Origin: an uncultured Gemmatimonadaceae bacterium
GTDB taxonomy: Bacteria > Gemmatimonadota > Gemmatimonadetes > Gemmatimonadales > Gemmatimonadaceae
Reading direction: 5' to 3'
DNA length: 64,000 nucleotides
Assembly: GCA_963817955.1 (NCBI GenBank)
Contig: CAWFQK010000004.1
Coordinates: 1 to 64,000 of the forward strand
The notes beneath the pieces are model-generated. The model saw only the letters and a list, made by a program, of their open reading frames with translations. It was not told where the DNA came from and searched no databases. Every line of letters begins with the position of its first letter. Positions within the stretch are counted from its first letter, which is position 1. Made by a program: the position numbers and the translations under genes. Positions 9,417-20,670 of the stretch are shown here, in pieces.

Positions 9417-11351
9417 CTACTCCACCACATAGGCCTCCATCGCGAAGTATTCGGCGAGGCCCAGCCGATCCAGCTCGGCAGCCGTGCCTTTGTTGCGCGC
9501 TTCGACGCGCTGCCAAAACTCGCGCTCGTCGTACCCCCCCGGGAAGGGGGCGGAGTCCTTCTGTGATTGATGTTTGAAGATCGCTTGAATCTTCAGCCGC
9601 AGCTCTTCCTGGGAGAGTGGCACGAGCCACGTTGCTTCATGAATCGGCCACTCCTGCCACGCCCCGCGATACAGCCAGACCTCGGGACATGGCTGGCCCT
9701 TCAGCTCCAGCAGCGCCTTGTCGATCGCTTCCTTGCACATCCGATGCGTGCCGTGAGGATCGGACAAATCGCCGGCCACGAAGATGAGATCGGGCTGCAC
9801 TTCGGCGAGCAGCGCGCGCACGATCTCGACGTCCGCCGGTCCGATCGGGTCCTTGCGCACCTTGCCAGTCTGGTAGAACGGCAGATTGAGGAAGCGTGCA
9901 GCGGTGCGCGGTAGGCCGACCGTCTCGATGCCGCTCACCGCTTCCGCTTCGCGAATGAGCCGCTTGATGTCCGCGACTTCGGGAATGTCCACCTCGCCCG
10001 GAGTCTTTCGTTCGAGACACTCATGCACCTTGGCGGCGAGACCATCCAGTTTGGCGCGCTCGATCAGCCCGTGCGCGGCCATGCGCTCGAGAAAGTCGAC
10101 GTAGCGGCGCACATCGTGATCGAACACCGCGATGTTGCCGCTCGTCATGTACGCAACGATGATTTCGTTGTCGTTCTCGACGGTCTTGCGCAGAATACCG
10201 CCCATCGAGATGACGTCATCGTCGGGGTGCGGCGAGAAGCAGATGATCTTGCGCCCCATCGGCAGCTTCGACTTGCCGCGGATCTTTGCACCGAGGATGT
10301 TGAACACCTTGCCGTTCACCTCGCCGGGCGAGCCAAACTTCGCAACGAGCGACGACATGTGCGCGTCGGCATAGTCGCGCTGCGTCAGTTTGAGGATCGC
10401 CTTGTCGGTCTGCTGCGACAACCAGATCACGGCGCGCACGATGAGATCCTGCGTCCAGTGCACCTCGTCGAGGAGCCACGGCGTCTTGATGCGCGTGAGC
10501 TCGGCGCCGGCCGCGCGGTCGACGTAGAAGGTCGTGTTCGGATGGCGCTGGAGAAAAGTGGCTGCGACCTCGACGTCCACGTCGCCCTCGACGGCGCGCT
10601 TGACGATGCTGGCCTTGTGCTCACCCGTCGCAATGATGGCAATCTCGCGTGCATCGAGAATCGTCGCGACCCCCATCGTCACCGCCTCGCGCGGCACATA
10701 CTCGTCGCCGAAGAAATCAGCGGCGGCATCGCGGCGCGTGACGGCGTCGAGTGTCACGAGACGCGTGCGGCTCTCGGCGCCCGAGCCGGGTTCGTTGAAG
10801 CCGATATGGCCAGTCTTCCCGATGCCGAGAATCTGGAAATCGACCCCGCCGGCGCGTTCGATGGCCATCTCATAGCGCTGGGTCGCATCGTCGATCTGGT
10901 CCCGCGGTACGTCGCCGGGCGGGAGGTGTACGTTCTCTGGCTTGATGTCGATGTGCGAGAAGAGGTTCTCCCACATGAACCGATGATAGGAGTGAATGCT
11001 CTCCTTTGGCATCGGGTAATACTCGTCGAGATTGAACGAGACAACGTTCGCGAAGCTCAAGCCTTCGGTGCGATGCATGCGAATGAGCTCGCGGTAGACG
11101 CCAATCGGCGTCGACCCCGTGGCCAGGCCGAGCACCGCGCGGTCGCCCGATGCGGTACGCTCGCGAATGAGGGTGGCAATACGATTGGCGACGAGGCGTG
11201 CGATGTCCTCGTGATCTTCGACAACGACTGTCCGGATGCGCTCGCCTGCCGACCCGGTATGTGATACGCGAGAGGGCCCGCGATCAATCCGATCGCGAGC
11301 CCTCTCTGTCACGACCGCGTCCCGGCGTACGCCAGCGACCGACCGTTCCAT
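9417..11351 (-). CDS. nagB: Glucosamine-6-phosphate deaminase fused to C-terminal PIG-L-type deacetylase domain
   Basis: GLATGSTP, FNLDEY, GIGKTGHIGFNEPG; C-terminal SPHPDDD, DPHGTH, HQSQ. Confidence 0.93.
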   Translation of the reverse strand: MERSVAGVRRDAVVTERARDRIDRGPSRVSHTGSAGERIRTVVVEDHEDIARLVANRIATLIRERTASGDRAVLGLATGSTPIGVYRELIRMHRTEGLSFANVVSFNLDEYYPMPKESIHSYHRFMWENLFSHIDIKPENVHLPPGDVPRDQIDDATQRYEMAIERAGGVDFQILGIGKTGHIGFNEPGSGAESRTRLVTLDAVTRRDAAADFFGDEYVPREAVTMGVATILDAREIAIIATGEHKASIVKRAVEGDVDVEVAATFLQRHPNTTFYVDRAAGAELTRIKTPWLLDEVHWTQDLIVRAVIWLSQQTDKAILKLTQRDYADAHMSSLVAKFGSPGEVNGKVFNILGAKIRGKSKLPMGRKIICFSPHPDDDVISMGGILRKTVENDNEIIVAYMTSGNIAVFDHDVRRYVDFLERMAAHGLIERAKLDGLAAKVHECLERKTPGEVDIPEVADIKRLIREAEAVSGIETVGLPRTAARFLNLPFYQTGKVRKDPIGPADVEIVRALLAEVQPDLIFVAGDLSDPHGTHRMCKEAIDKALLELKGQPCPEVWLYRGAWQEWPIHEATWLVPLSQEELRLKIQAIFKHQSQKDSAPFPGGYDEREFWQRVEARNKGTAAELDRLGLAEYFAMEAYVVE

Positions 11352-11375
11352 GTTTCCTGTGAGACAGGGAAATCG

Positions 11376-11732
11376 TTACGCGGAGAACGAGCTACCGCAC
11401 CCGCAGCCGCCGGTTGAGTTCGGATTCTTGAAAGTGAATCCCGAGCCCTGCATGGACGACACGTAGTCGATCGTCACTCCATTCAGATACTGTGCCGAGA
11501 ACGGATCGACGAATACGCGCCAATCGCCCTGACCGACGACGAGATCGTCTTCCGCCGCCTCGTCCTCGATGAGGAGACCGTACTTGAAGCCGCTGCAGCC
11601 GCCCGGCTGGACGCTCACACGGAGCCCGCCCTTGGCCGGATCAACCGCTTCCTGCTCCATAAACTTCTTCACCTCGGCGGAGGCGACCGGTGTCACGGTC
11701 ACCAACACCTCAGGCTGATTCATTGTGCTCAT
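11376..11732 (-). CDS. A-type Fe-S carrier (HesB/IscA/ErpA family)
   Basis: GGCSGFKY and terminal CGCGSSF. Confidence 0.95.
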   Translation of the reverse strand: MSTMNQPEVLVTVTPVASAEVKKFMEQEAVDPAKGGLRVSVQPGGCSGFKYGLLIEDEAAEDDLVVGQGDWRVFVDPFSAQYLNGVTIDYVSSMQGSGFTFKNPNSTGGCGCGSSFSA

Positions 11733-11771
11733 TGCGGACCCTCCATGTGAGCGGCAGACAAGACCGCGATA

Positions 11772-11790
11772 GACACAATTTAGCAGTGTC
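11772..11790 (-). promoter_or_regulatory. Putative extended -10 promoter (TGcTAAATT) flanked by GACAC-N9-GTGTC inverted repeat, upstream of the A-type carrier gene
   Basis: Minus strand reads GACACTGCTAAATTGTGTC about 40 nt before ATG; SD GGAGG precedes ATG. Confidence 0.45.
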
Positions 11791-11801
11791 GGAACAGGGG
11801 T

Positions 11802-13657
<1,856 letters not shown>

Positions 13658-13661
<4 letters not shown>

Positions 13662-14860
13662 GGTTTTCCCGGGGCGGTGGATGGTGAGAGCCGATCGAAC
13701 GTCGTGACCACGCTGTCGGCAAGTGCGACTCGCACACGGCCGATCTTGTTATTGTTACGGGTTGGATCGACGCGATTGCTGAGCAAGATGATGAACAGGT
13801 CGCGCTGGGGGTCGATCCAGATCGACGTGCCGGTAAATCCGGTGTGGCCAAATGCTGCATCGGATAGCTTGTGCCCCGCGGAATTGCTGCCGTCCGGTTT
13901 CTGCCAACCGAGGGCGCGATCGCGTACCTGGCGCGTGGTGAATGTCGCGATCATCGCCGGCGTGATCACGCGTGCGCCATCGAGCGTCCCGCCGCTCAGG
14001 TACATGCGGGCGAACCGTGCCAGGTCATGCCCGCTGCTGAACAGACCAGCATGGGCCGATACACCGCCCAGGTAGTAGGCGCGTTCGTCGTGGACCATGC
14101 CTCGCACCAGCCGGTGGCGCTGCACGGAATCGAATTCGGTCGGCGCAATGCGTGGCTCGAGCGCCACCGGTGGTCGGTACATGGTTTCGTGCATGGCCAG
14201 TGGCTCGAAGACGTGATCGTGCAGGTACTGGTCCAGCGACTGTTCGGTGACCTGTTCGACCAGCCGCCCGAGCATGTAGGCGCCAATGTCGCTGTAGATC
14301 ATGCGCACGCCGGGCAGCGTGTCGAGTGGCGTAGAGAACATCAGCTTGGCCAGACTATCGGGGTCGTGCGTCACGGCGTCGTACGGCTTGAACGCTGGCA
14401 GCCCGGACGTGTGGGTGAGCAGATGGCGAATCGTCACGCGCTCCTTGTATCGTCCCGTCCAGGCGGGCAGGTAGCGCTGCAGCGGCGCATCGAGGTCGAC
14501 GCGATGCGCATCGACGAGTTGCATCATCGCCGTCGTGAGGCCGATGACCTTCGTGAGCGACGCGAGATCCCACAATGTGTGCTCGTCCGGCCGAGGGGTG
14601 GGTGCCCAATCGAGCTGGCCGACACCATATTCGGCGAGCACGCCGCGGTGAGTGCCGACCACTGCGAAAGCGCCGGGAAAGGCATTGTCAGCGCGTGCGC
14701 GATCGAGCACGGTTACGAGGTCCGCTTGGAGCGCGGCGCTGATCGCGTCGACCGTAGGGCTGGCTGTTTGTGCCGCCGTCACAGTAGACACAGGTTGACG
14801 ACAAGCAGTGGCGACAGCGCCGAGCAACAAACATGTGATCGAGGAGCGAAGATGATGCAC
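13658..14860 (-). CDS. Beta-lactamase-family serine hydrolase lipoprotein (AmiE/YbbE-like muropeptide amidase candidate)
   Basis: ASLTK (SxxK), YSD, HTGFTG, LLTHTSG, AHAGLFS; signal peptide with lipobox VATA-C from GTG 14860 (start uncertain). Confidence 0.82.
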
Positions 14861-16141
14861 GATCGAAGCCGGTTGATGGTGATCGCGCTGTTGTTGGCGA
14901 CCGCTGGTTGCGGCGCGCGGCTCGTCATGAACGGTGGCGCACCGGCGGCCGTCCGGCCGGGCATTACCGTGTTGCTCGACGACAGTCTTGCGCTCGTCCG
15001 CGGCAAGCGGGTGGCCCTGCTGACGAACCAGACCGGGGTGGACGCGCACGGCCAATCGGATATCGATCTGTTGCGCAATGCGCGTGCGCGCGACGCAGGC
15101 GTGGTGCTGGTACGGCTCTTCTCGCCGGAGCACGGCATTCGTGGGACCGAGGATCAGGCGCACATCGCAAGCGGGATCGACCAGTCGAGCGGGCTCCTTG
15201 TGCATTCGCTTTATACCGTCACGGCGATTGCGCCGCCGGACAGTTTGCTAGGAGATCTCGACGCACTGGTGTTCGATCTGCAGGACATCGGCACTCGGAC
15301 GTGGACGTACGTAGGATCGATGATCTATGCGATGCGTGCGGCCGCCCGGCACCATATGCCGATCATCGTACTCGACCGCCCGAATCCGATCACCGGCGAC
15401 CACGTCGACGGCCCCATGCTCGATACGGGTTTATCCAACGCCGAGGAACAGACACCGCAACGGCCAGCGAAACCGTACGCATTATACCCGTTCCCGCTGC
15501 GGCACGGAATGACGATGGGTGAGCTCGCGTTGTTCTACAACAGCGTGCTGGGCATTCGCGCGCAGTTGCACGTGATCCCGGCCGCGGGCTGGCGTCGATC
15601 GATGTGGCTCGATGAAACGGGCCTGCCTTGGGTTCGGCCGTCGCCGAACATCCCGACGTTGGCGAGTGCGTTGACCTACCCGTCTCTGGTCGCGTTCGAG
15701 GGGAGTAACGTCTCCGTGGGGCGCGGGACGAGCGATGCCTTTCAGCGGTTTGGAGCGCCGTGGCTCGACGCGGTGCGTGTGGCATCGTTGCTCAATGGAC
15801 GCCATTTGCCGGGGGTCACGTTCGTCGTCGATTCGTTCACGCCGAGGAATCCGGGGGATGCAAAGTACGCCGATCGGCATATTCCGGGCGTGCGGATCGC
15901 CGTGTCCAACCGGGATCAGGTACAGGTGGGACGCGTGTGCGCCGCCATTCTATGGGCGATCCTGCAGGCGAATCGCGATTCGCTCCGCATCACGGCGAGA
16001 ACGTTCGACGAACGGTTTGGGAGCGCAAGTACACGCGCGGCCATCGTCAGTGGGGCAGACCCTGATGTCGCGCTTGACCGGCAGAGCGCGGCGGTCGAGA
16101 GCTTCATGCGAACATCGGCGCCGTTCCGGATGTATCGGTAA
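14852..16141 (+). CDS. namZ: Exo-beta-N-acetylmuramidase (DUF1343/YbbC), lipoprotein
   Basis: TNQTG, FSPEHGIRG, FDLQDIGTR, VLDRPNP, RHGMTMGE, PSPN, VSVGRGT; SD GAGGAG at 14841; lipobox TAG-C. Confidence 0.9.
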   Translation: MMHDRSRLMVIALLLATAGCGARLVMNGGAPAAVRPGITVLLDDSLALVRGKRVALLTNQTGVDAHGQSDIDLLRNARARDAGVVLVRLFSPEHGIRGTEDQAHIASGIDQSSGLLVHSLYTVTAIAPPDSLLGDLDALVFDLQDIGTRTWTYVGSMIYAMRAAARHHMPIIVLDRPNPITGDHVDGPMLDTGLSNAEEQTPQRPAKPYALYPFPLRHGMTMGELALFYNSVLGIRAQLHVIPAAGWRRSMWLDETGLPWVRPSPNIPTLASALTYPSLVAFEGSNVSVGRGTSDAFQRFGAPWLDAVRVASLLNGRHLPGVTFVVDSFTPRNPGDAKYADRHIPGVRIAVSNRDQVQVGRVCAAILWAILQANRDSLRITARTFDERFGSASTRAAIVSGADPDVALDRQSAAVESFMRTSAPFRMYR

Positions 16142-16262
16142 TACTGTTTTTTCAGCGATACCTGAGGTCGATTGTCACGCAGTCAACGGATGATCGAGCG
16201 GGGCCGGGCCGCCTCGCCCGGTATTTGCCGACTCCCAACGTTCGCCACCTCCGGAGCTTCTG

Positions 16263-16613
16263 ATGAATGCTCGCTTCTTTCCGCTGGCCGCGCTGGCCGC
16301 GCTGGCCGCGCTGGCCGCGCTGACGGCCTGCGGTCCGCGACAGGTCGAGGTTCGTACCGCGCCGACCGAGCAGTCGCAGGTTTCGGTGCAGGTCGCGAAT
16401 AGGCTGAGCCAGGCCGTCAACGTGTACGCGAACGTCGGCGGCGTGGACACGTTCCTGCGCCAGGTGACCGCGAACACGACTACGACGATCCCGGTGCAGG
16501 GGTTTGCCCAGGGGACCGCCGTTACGCTCCGCGCTGTAACCGTGGATGGGACGCATACGTATACACGCGACAAGGTGGTACTGATCGGCACCGTCGTGTT
16601 TCCGCTACCGTAA
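16263..16613 (+). CDS. Hypothetical small lipoprotein
   Basis: Signal peptide with lipobox LTA-C; SD GGAG; beta-strand-rich mature part. Confidence 0.75.
   Translation: MNARFFPLAALAALAALAALTACGPRQVEVRTAPTEQSQVSVQVANRLSQAVNVYANVGGVDTFLRQVTANTTTTIPVQGFAQGTAVTLRAVTVDGTHTYTRDKVVLIGTVVFPLP
16284..16319 (+). repeat. In-frame tandem repeat (CTGGCCGCG)x4 encoding LAA x4
   Basis: Four exact 9-bp copies in the signal peptide. Confidence 0.9.
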
Positions 16614-16768
16614 GTGTTTGCGCGCCAGTTGCGGTTGCTACAACTCTCTGAGAGAGATACCTTTACGTCCGGAGCAGTACTCCGGTTTGCTTGGCGTCAT
16701 TTGCTCCGTCCGCCCGCCGCGCCGGAACTCCGGTGCAGCACTGCGCCCTCGCGCCTCATCGAAGCCGA

Positions 16769-17464
16769 ATGAAGCTTCTCCCGGACTGGCTCAAAAACGG
16801 GTATTTGAAGGTCATCGATCCGGTCGCCAATTGGCTGGTCCGTCGAGGAGTCCATCCGAACACCATCACCATTTTCGGCACGCTCTGCACACTCGCAGGC
16901 GGGGTGATTTACGCTACCGGCCACATCTCCACGGGGGGCTGGTTCCTGAGCTTGACTGCGCTGTTCGACGTGCTAGACGGCACGGTGGCGCGCCGGTCGA
17001 ACAAGAGCTCCACCTTCGGCGCTTTTCTCGATTCCACGCTCGACCGGGTTGCTGATGGGGCGCTGCTCAGTGGGCTCGCGGTCTTCTATGCACTGAACCC
17101 GCAGCACCACAACGTCCCGATGATGGCGGTGTGTTTGCTCGGGCTCATCGGCGCCTACACGACGTCGTACATTCGGGCTCGCGCGGAAGCCCTCGGGTTG
17201 GACGCAAAGGTCGGCATGGTGCAGCGTCCAGAGCGGATCGTGCTATTGTCGGTACCGCAGGCGTTCTTTGGTTTGGTGCTCAACGGCTGGATTCTTGGCG
17301 CCATCATCGTTTTCTTGTCCCTGACGGCGTGGATCACCGTCGTCCAGCGGATGGTTTTCGTCTACCAGCAGACGAACTCGCGCGGCGTCGCATCGCCGAT
17401 TCCGCTTCCCACCGAAAGAACATTGTGGTTGCGTCGCCGTCCGCGCACGGGCACGCGCCCTTAG
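16769..17464 (+). CDS. CDP-alcohol phosphatidyltransferase, probable phosphatidylinositol-phosphate synthase
   Basis: PNTIT; DVLDGTVARR..GAFLDSTLDR signature; SYIRARAEALG; adjacent to ino1. Confidence 0.88.
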   Translation: MKLLPDWLKNGYLKVIDPVANWLVRRGVHPNTITIFGTLCTLAGGVIYATGHISTGGWFLSLTALFDVLDGTVARRSNKSSTFGAFLDSTLDRVADGALLSGLAVFYALNPQHHNVPMMAVCLLGLIGAYTTSYIRARAEALGLDAKVGMVQRPERIVLLSVPQAFFGLVLNGWILGAIIVFLSLTAWITVVQRMVFVYQQTNSRGVASPIPLPTERTLWLRRRPRTGTRP

Positions 17465-17484
17465 TACCAAAAGGAGAGTAATTC

Positions 17485-18798
17485 GTGGCTTCGCCCACTA
17501 TTCGCCCCGCCGGCGGCAAGCTCGGCATCCTCACGCCAGGGCTCGGCGCGGTGGCAACGACGTTCATGGCCGGTGTGGAGAGCATCCGGCATGGCCATGC
17601 CAAGCCGATCGGATCGCTCACCCAGACGGCGAAGATTCGCCTCGGAAAGCGCACCGACAACCGGTCGCCCCTCATCAAGGATTTCGTTCCGCTCGCCTCG
17701 CTCGACGACATCGTCTTCGGCGCCTGGGATCCGATTCCCGATGACGCATATACCGCCGCGAAGAAGGCCGGCGTGCTCGAGGACCGCGATCTCGAGCCCG
17801 TCGCTGATTTCCTCAAGGCCATCAAACCGATGCCTGCCGTGTTCGACAACAAGTACGTCACGCGCATCCACGGCGACAATGTCAAGAAGGGCAAGACGAA
17901 GCGTGACCTGGCGGAGCAGCTGCGCCAGGACATGCGCGACTTCAAGGCCAAGAACAAGTGCGATCGCCTGGTGATCGTGTGGTGCGCATCGACGGAAATC
18001 TTCATCAAGCCGGGCCCGCAGCATGCCACGATCGAGCAATTCGAGAAGGCGATGGAGCGGAACGACGAAGCCATCTCGCCCGCCATGCTCTATGCGTGGG
18101 CGGCGATCATGGAAGGCGTGCCGTACTGCAACGGAGCACCGAACCTTGCGGTGGACACGCTCGCGCTGCAGCAGCTCGCCAACGATCGCGGCGTACCAAT
18201 TTCGGGCAAGGACTTCAAGACGGGCCAAACCTGGTTGAAGACGGTCATCGCTCCGGGACTCAAGGCGCGCATGCTCGGCCTCGCCGGCTGGTATTCCACC
18301 AACATCCTTGGCAATCGCGACGGCGAAGTGCTCGACGATCCGGCGTCGTTCAAGACGAAGGAAGAGTCCAAGCTCAGCGTATTGCACACCATCCTGCAGC
18401 CGGAGCAGTACCCGGATCTGTACAAGGATTTCTCGCACGTCGTGCGCATCAATTACTATCCGCCGCGCGGCGACAACAAGGAAGGCTGGGACAACATCGA
18501 CATCTTCGGATGGTTGGGCTATCCGATGCAGATCAAGGTCAACTTCCTGTGCCGCGATTCCATTCTTGCGGCTCCGATCGTGCTCGATCTGGCCCTGTTT
18601 TCGGACTTCGCGCACCGTGCCGGGCTGAAGGGAATTCAGGAATGGCTCAGCTTCTATTACAAGTCGCCAATGGCGGCGCCTGGGCTGCAGCCGGAACACG
18701 ATCTGTTCATCCAGCAGACGAAGCTCAAGAACACCCTTCGCCACCTCATGGGTGAGGAGCAGATCACCCATCTTGGGCTGGAGTACTATCAGGCATAG
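17485..18798 (+). CDS. ino1: myo-Inositol-1-phosphate synthase
   Basis: GLGAVATT, GKDFKTGQT, STNILGNRDG, GDNKEGWD, CRDSILAAP motifs. Confidence 0.95.
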   Translation: MASPTIRPAGGKLGILTPGLGAVATTFMAGVESIRHGHAKPIGSLTQTAKIRLGKRTDNRSPLIKDFVPLASLDDIVFGAWDPIPDDAYTAAKKAGVLEDRDLEPVADFLKAIKPMPAVFDNKYVTRIHGDNVKKGKTKRDLAEQLRQDMRDFKAKNKCDRLVIVWCASTEIFIKPGPQHATIEQFEKAMERNDEAISPAMLYAWAAIMEGVPYCNGAPNLAVDTLALQQLANDRGVPISGKDFKTGQTWLKTVIAPGLKARMLGLAGWYSTNILGNRDGEVLDDPASFKTKEESKLSVLHTILQPEQYPDLYKDFSHVVRINYYPPRGDNKEGWDNIDIFGWLGYPMQIKVNFLCRDSILAAPIVLDLALFSDFAHRAGLKGIQEWLSFYYKSPMAAPGLQPEHDLFIQQTKLKNTLRHLMGEEQITHLGLEYYQA

Positions 18799-18811
18799 AG
18801 GGGAGGCGACC

Positions 18812-19261
18812 ATGCGAGGCTGGGTAGGGGCAGTGGCAGCACTCGCGGCAGTGGTGTGCGTGGCGTGCGGCGGCGACAACAAGCCGCCGCCGTTGCGCGC
18901 GATGTCGATGACGTATAGCTACACCATCTCGCCCGACGATGTCCCGCCGCATGCGCGGCAAGACATTCATTACACCATTCAGATCTTCGACCGCAAGACG
19001 CGTCAGCCGATCGACAACGGAGAAGGGCAGCTCTTCGCTGGCAAACCGATCTATCCGGATGCGCCGACTGGCCCGCAATCGAAAACCTGGGATGCGCTGA
19101 CGTACGGGCCGGAGGTCGGCACGTACCACGCGAAATTGAATTTCGTAGTCGGCGGAACGTGGGCGGTAGCCATTCGCTTCCGGCGCGATACGCTCCACCC
19201 GTTGGAGCGCATCGACTGGATGCAGGACGTTCTCGCCGAAAAGCCTTCATCGATTCCGTAA
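18812..19261 (+). CDS. Hypothetical lipoprotein (possible YtkA/Ig-like fold)
   Basis: SD GGGGAGG; lipobox CVA-C; GTYHAKLNF..GTWAV pattern. Confidence 0.7.
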   Translation: MRGWVGAVAALAAVVCVACGGDNKPPPLRAMSMTYSYTISPDDVPPHARQDIHYTIQIFDRKTRQPIDNGEGQLFAGKPIYPDAPTGPQSKTWDALTYGPEVGTYHAKLNFVVGGTWAVAIRFRRDTLHPLERIDWMQDVLAEKPSSIP

Positions 19262-19268
19262 ACTCCTC

Positions 19269-19562
19269 ATGCGACACTTCTTTCGTAGCCATAGGGCGCC
19301 TGCCGACGTACTCGCGGCCGCCGATCAGTTCTTCCCAAGCCTCGGGTTGGCGCAGAACACCACCGCGCCCCGCACGCGGACCTACTCCGGCCAGCTCGGC
19401 GCGCTCAAGCTGTCCGTCAAGGCGGAAGGCGGCCACTACACGTTCATCCAGGTCGACACCGACCAGATGGGTGAGAGCCGAATGGACCGTAACGTGAAGC
19501 GGTTCTTCGTTGCCGTGCACAAGACGGAGCATCAGGAACACGTGCTCAGCGCGAACTACTAA
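19269..19562 (+). CDS. Hypothetical protein (97 aa)
   Basis: Typical codon usage; fills the gap; TAATG coupling to next gene. Confidence 0.75.
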   Translation: MRHFFRSHRAPADVLAAADQFFPSLGLAQNTTAPRTRTYSGQLGALKLSVKAEGGHYTFIQVDTDQMGESRMDRNVKRFFVAVHKTEHQEHVLSANY

Positions 19563-20670
19563 TGGCGGTACGTAAGAGGGTCGCGGCTGGCGCCTCGACC
19601 CTGTTGTCGCGCGATCAGCTCCTCGACTTGTACTATCGGATGCGGCTCACCCGGACGCTCGAGGAGCGGCTGGTGGCGTTGTACCGGCAGACCAAGGTCG
19701 TCGGCGGGCTCTTTCGCTCGCTGGGACAGGAAGCGGACGCCGTGGGCAGTGCCTACGCGCTCGAACGCCGCGACATCTTATCGCCGCTCATTCGCAATCT
19801 GGGTGCGATGCTCGTGAAGGGCGCCACGCCGCTCGAAATTCTACGACAGTACATGGCGAAGGCGGACTCACCGACGCGCGGTCGCGAATTGAACATCCAT
19901 TTTGGCGACACTCGAGCGCGGCTTCATCGGCCAGATCTCGCCGCTCGGCGACATGGTGCCCGTCATGGCTGGTGTGACGTTGACCTTCAAAATGCGCGGC
20001 GAGGATCGTGTCGGTCTGGTGTATGTCGGCGATGGAGCGACGTCCACCGGCGCCTTCCACGAAGGTATCAACTTCGCTGCCGTGCAGCGCTGCCCGCTCG
20101 TGGTGATTGTGGAGAACAACGGCTATGCGTATTCCACGCCGACGGCAAGACAGACTGCCGCGAAGCAGTTCGTCGACAAGGCGATCGGGTATGGCGTGCC
20201 CGGTGAACGGGCGGACGGTAACGACGTGTTGGCCGTCTATGACGTGACGAAGCGCGCGGTGGATCGCGCGCGGCGTGGCGAGGGCGTGACGTTGATCGAG
20301 CTCATGACCTACCGTCGCAGAGGGCACGCCGAACACGACAATCAATCGTACGTTCCCGCAGGGCGAGATCGATCGTTGGGAACGCGAGAACGACCCGATT
20401 GCGCGCTTTCATGCGCGGCTGCAGGACGACTTCTCCGTCAAGGCCGCCGAGATCGACTCGATCGACGAACGCGTCGGCAAGGAAGTGGACGATGCAACTG
20501 ACCTCGCCGAGCGCTCCGGGATTCCGGACGCGCACGACGCGCTGGTCGGCGTGTACGCCGATCCTCCGTCCGAGCAGCTGCTCTGGTTCCGCGAAGGCAC
20601 CGCGAGCGTCGTCGACGTGCACGAACGTCCGGAAGGGTGGGGTACCTACTCGGCGGGCGAGAAACGCTAA
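19562..20670 (+). CDS. TPP-dependent 2-oxoacid dehydrogenase E1 alpha (frameshifts near 19910 and 20360, likely sequencing errors)
   Basis: GQEA; GDGATS..ENNGYA TPP motif; YRRRGHAEHD; split over three frames. Confidence 0.9.

Noticed and set aside
13871..15205. 756-aa NamZ and 515-aa hydrolase as called by the ORF track (long bidirectional overlap)
   Set aside because: N-terminal extensions are antisense shadows; signal peptides place the true starts near 14852 and 14860
16769..18798. Di-myo-inositol phosphate osmolyte pathway
   Set aside because: No inositol-1-phosphate cytidylyltransferase gene or domain in the locus
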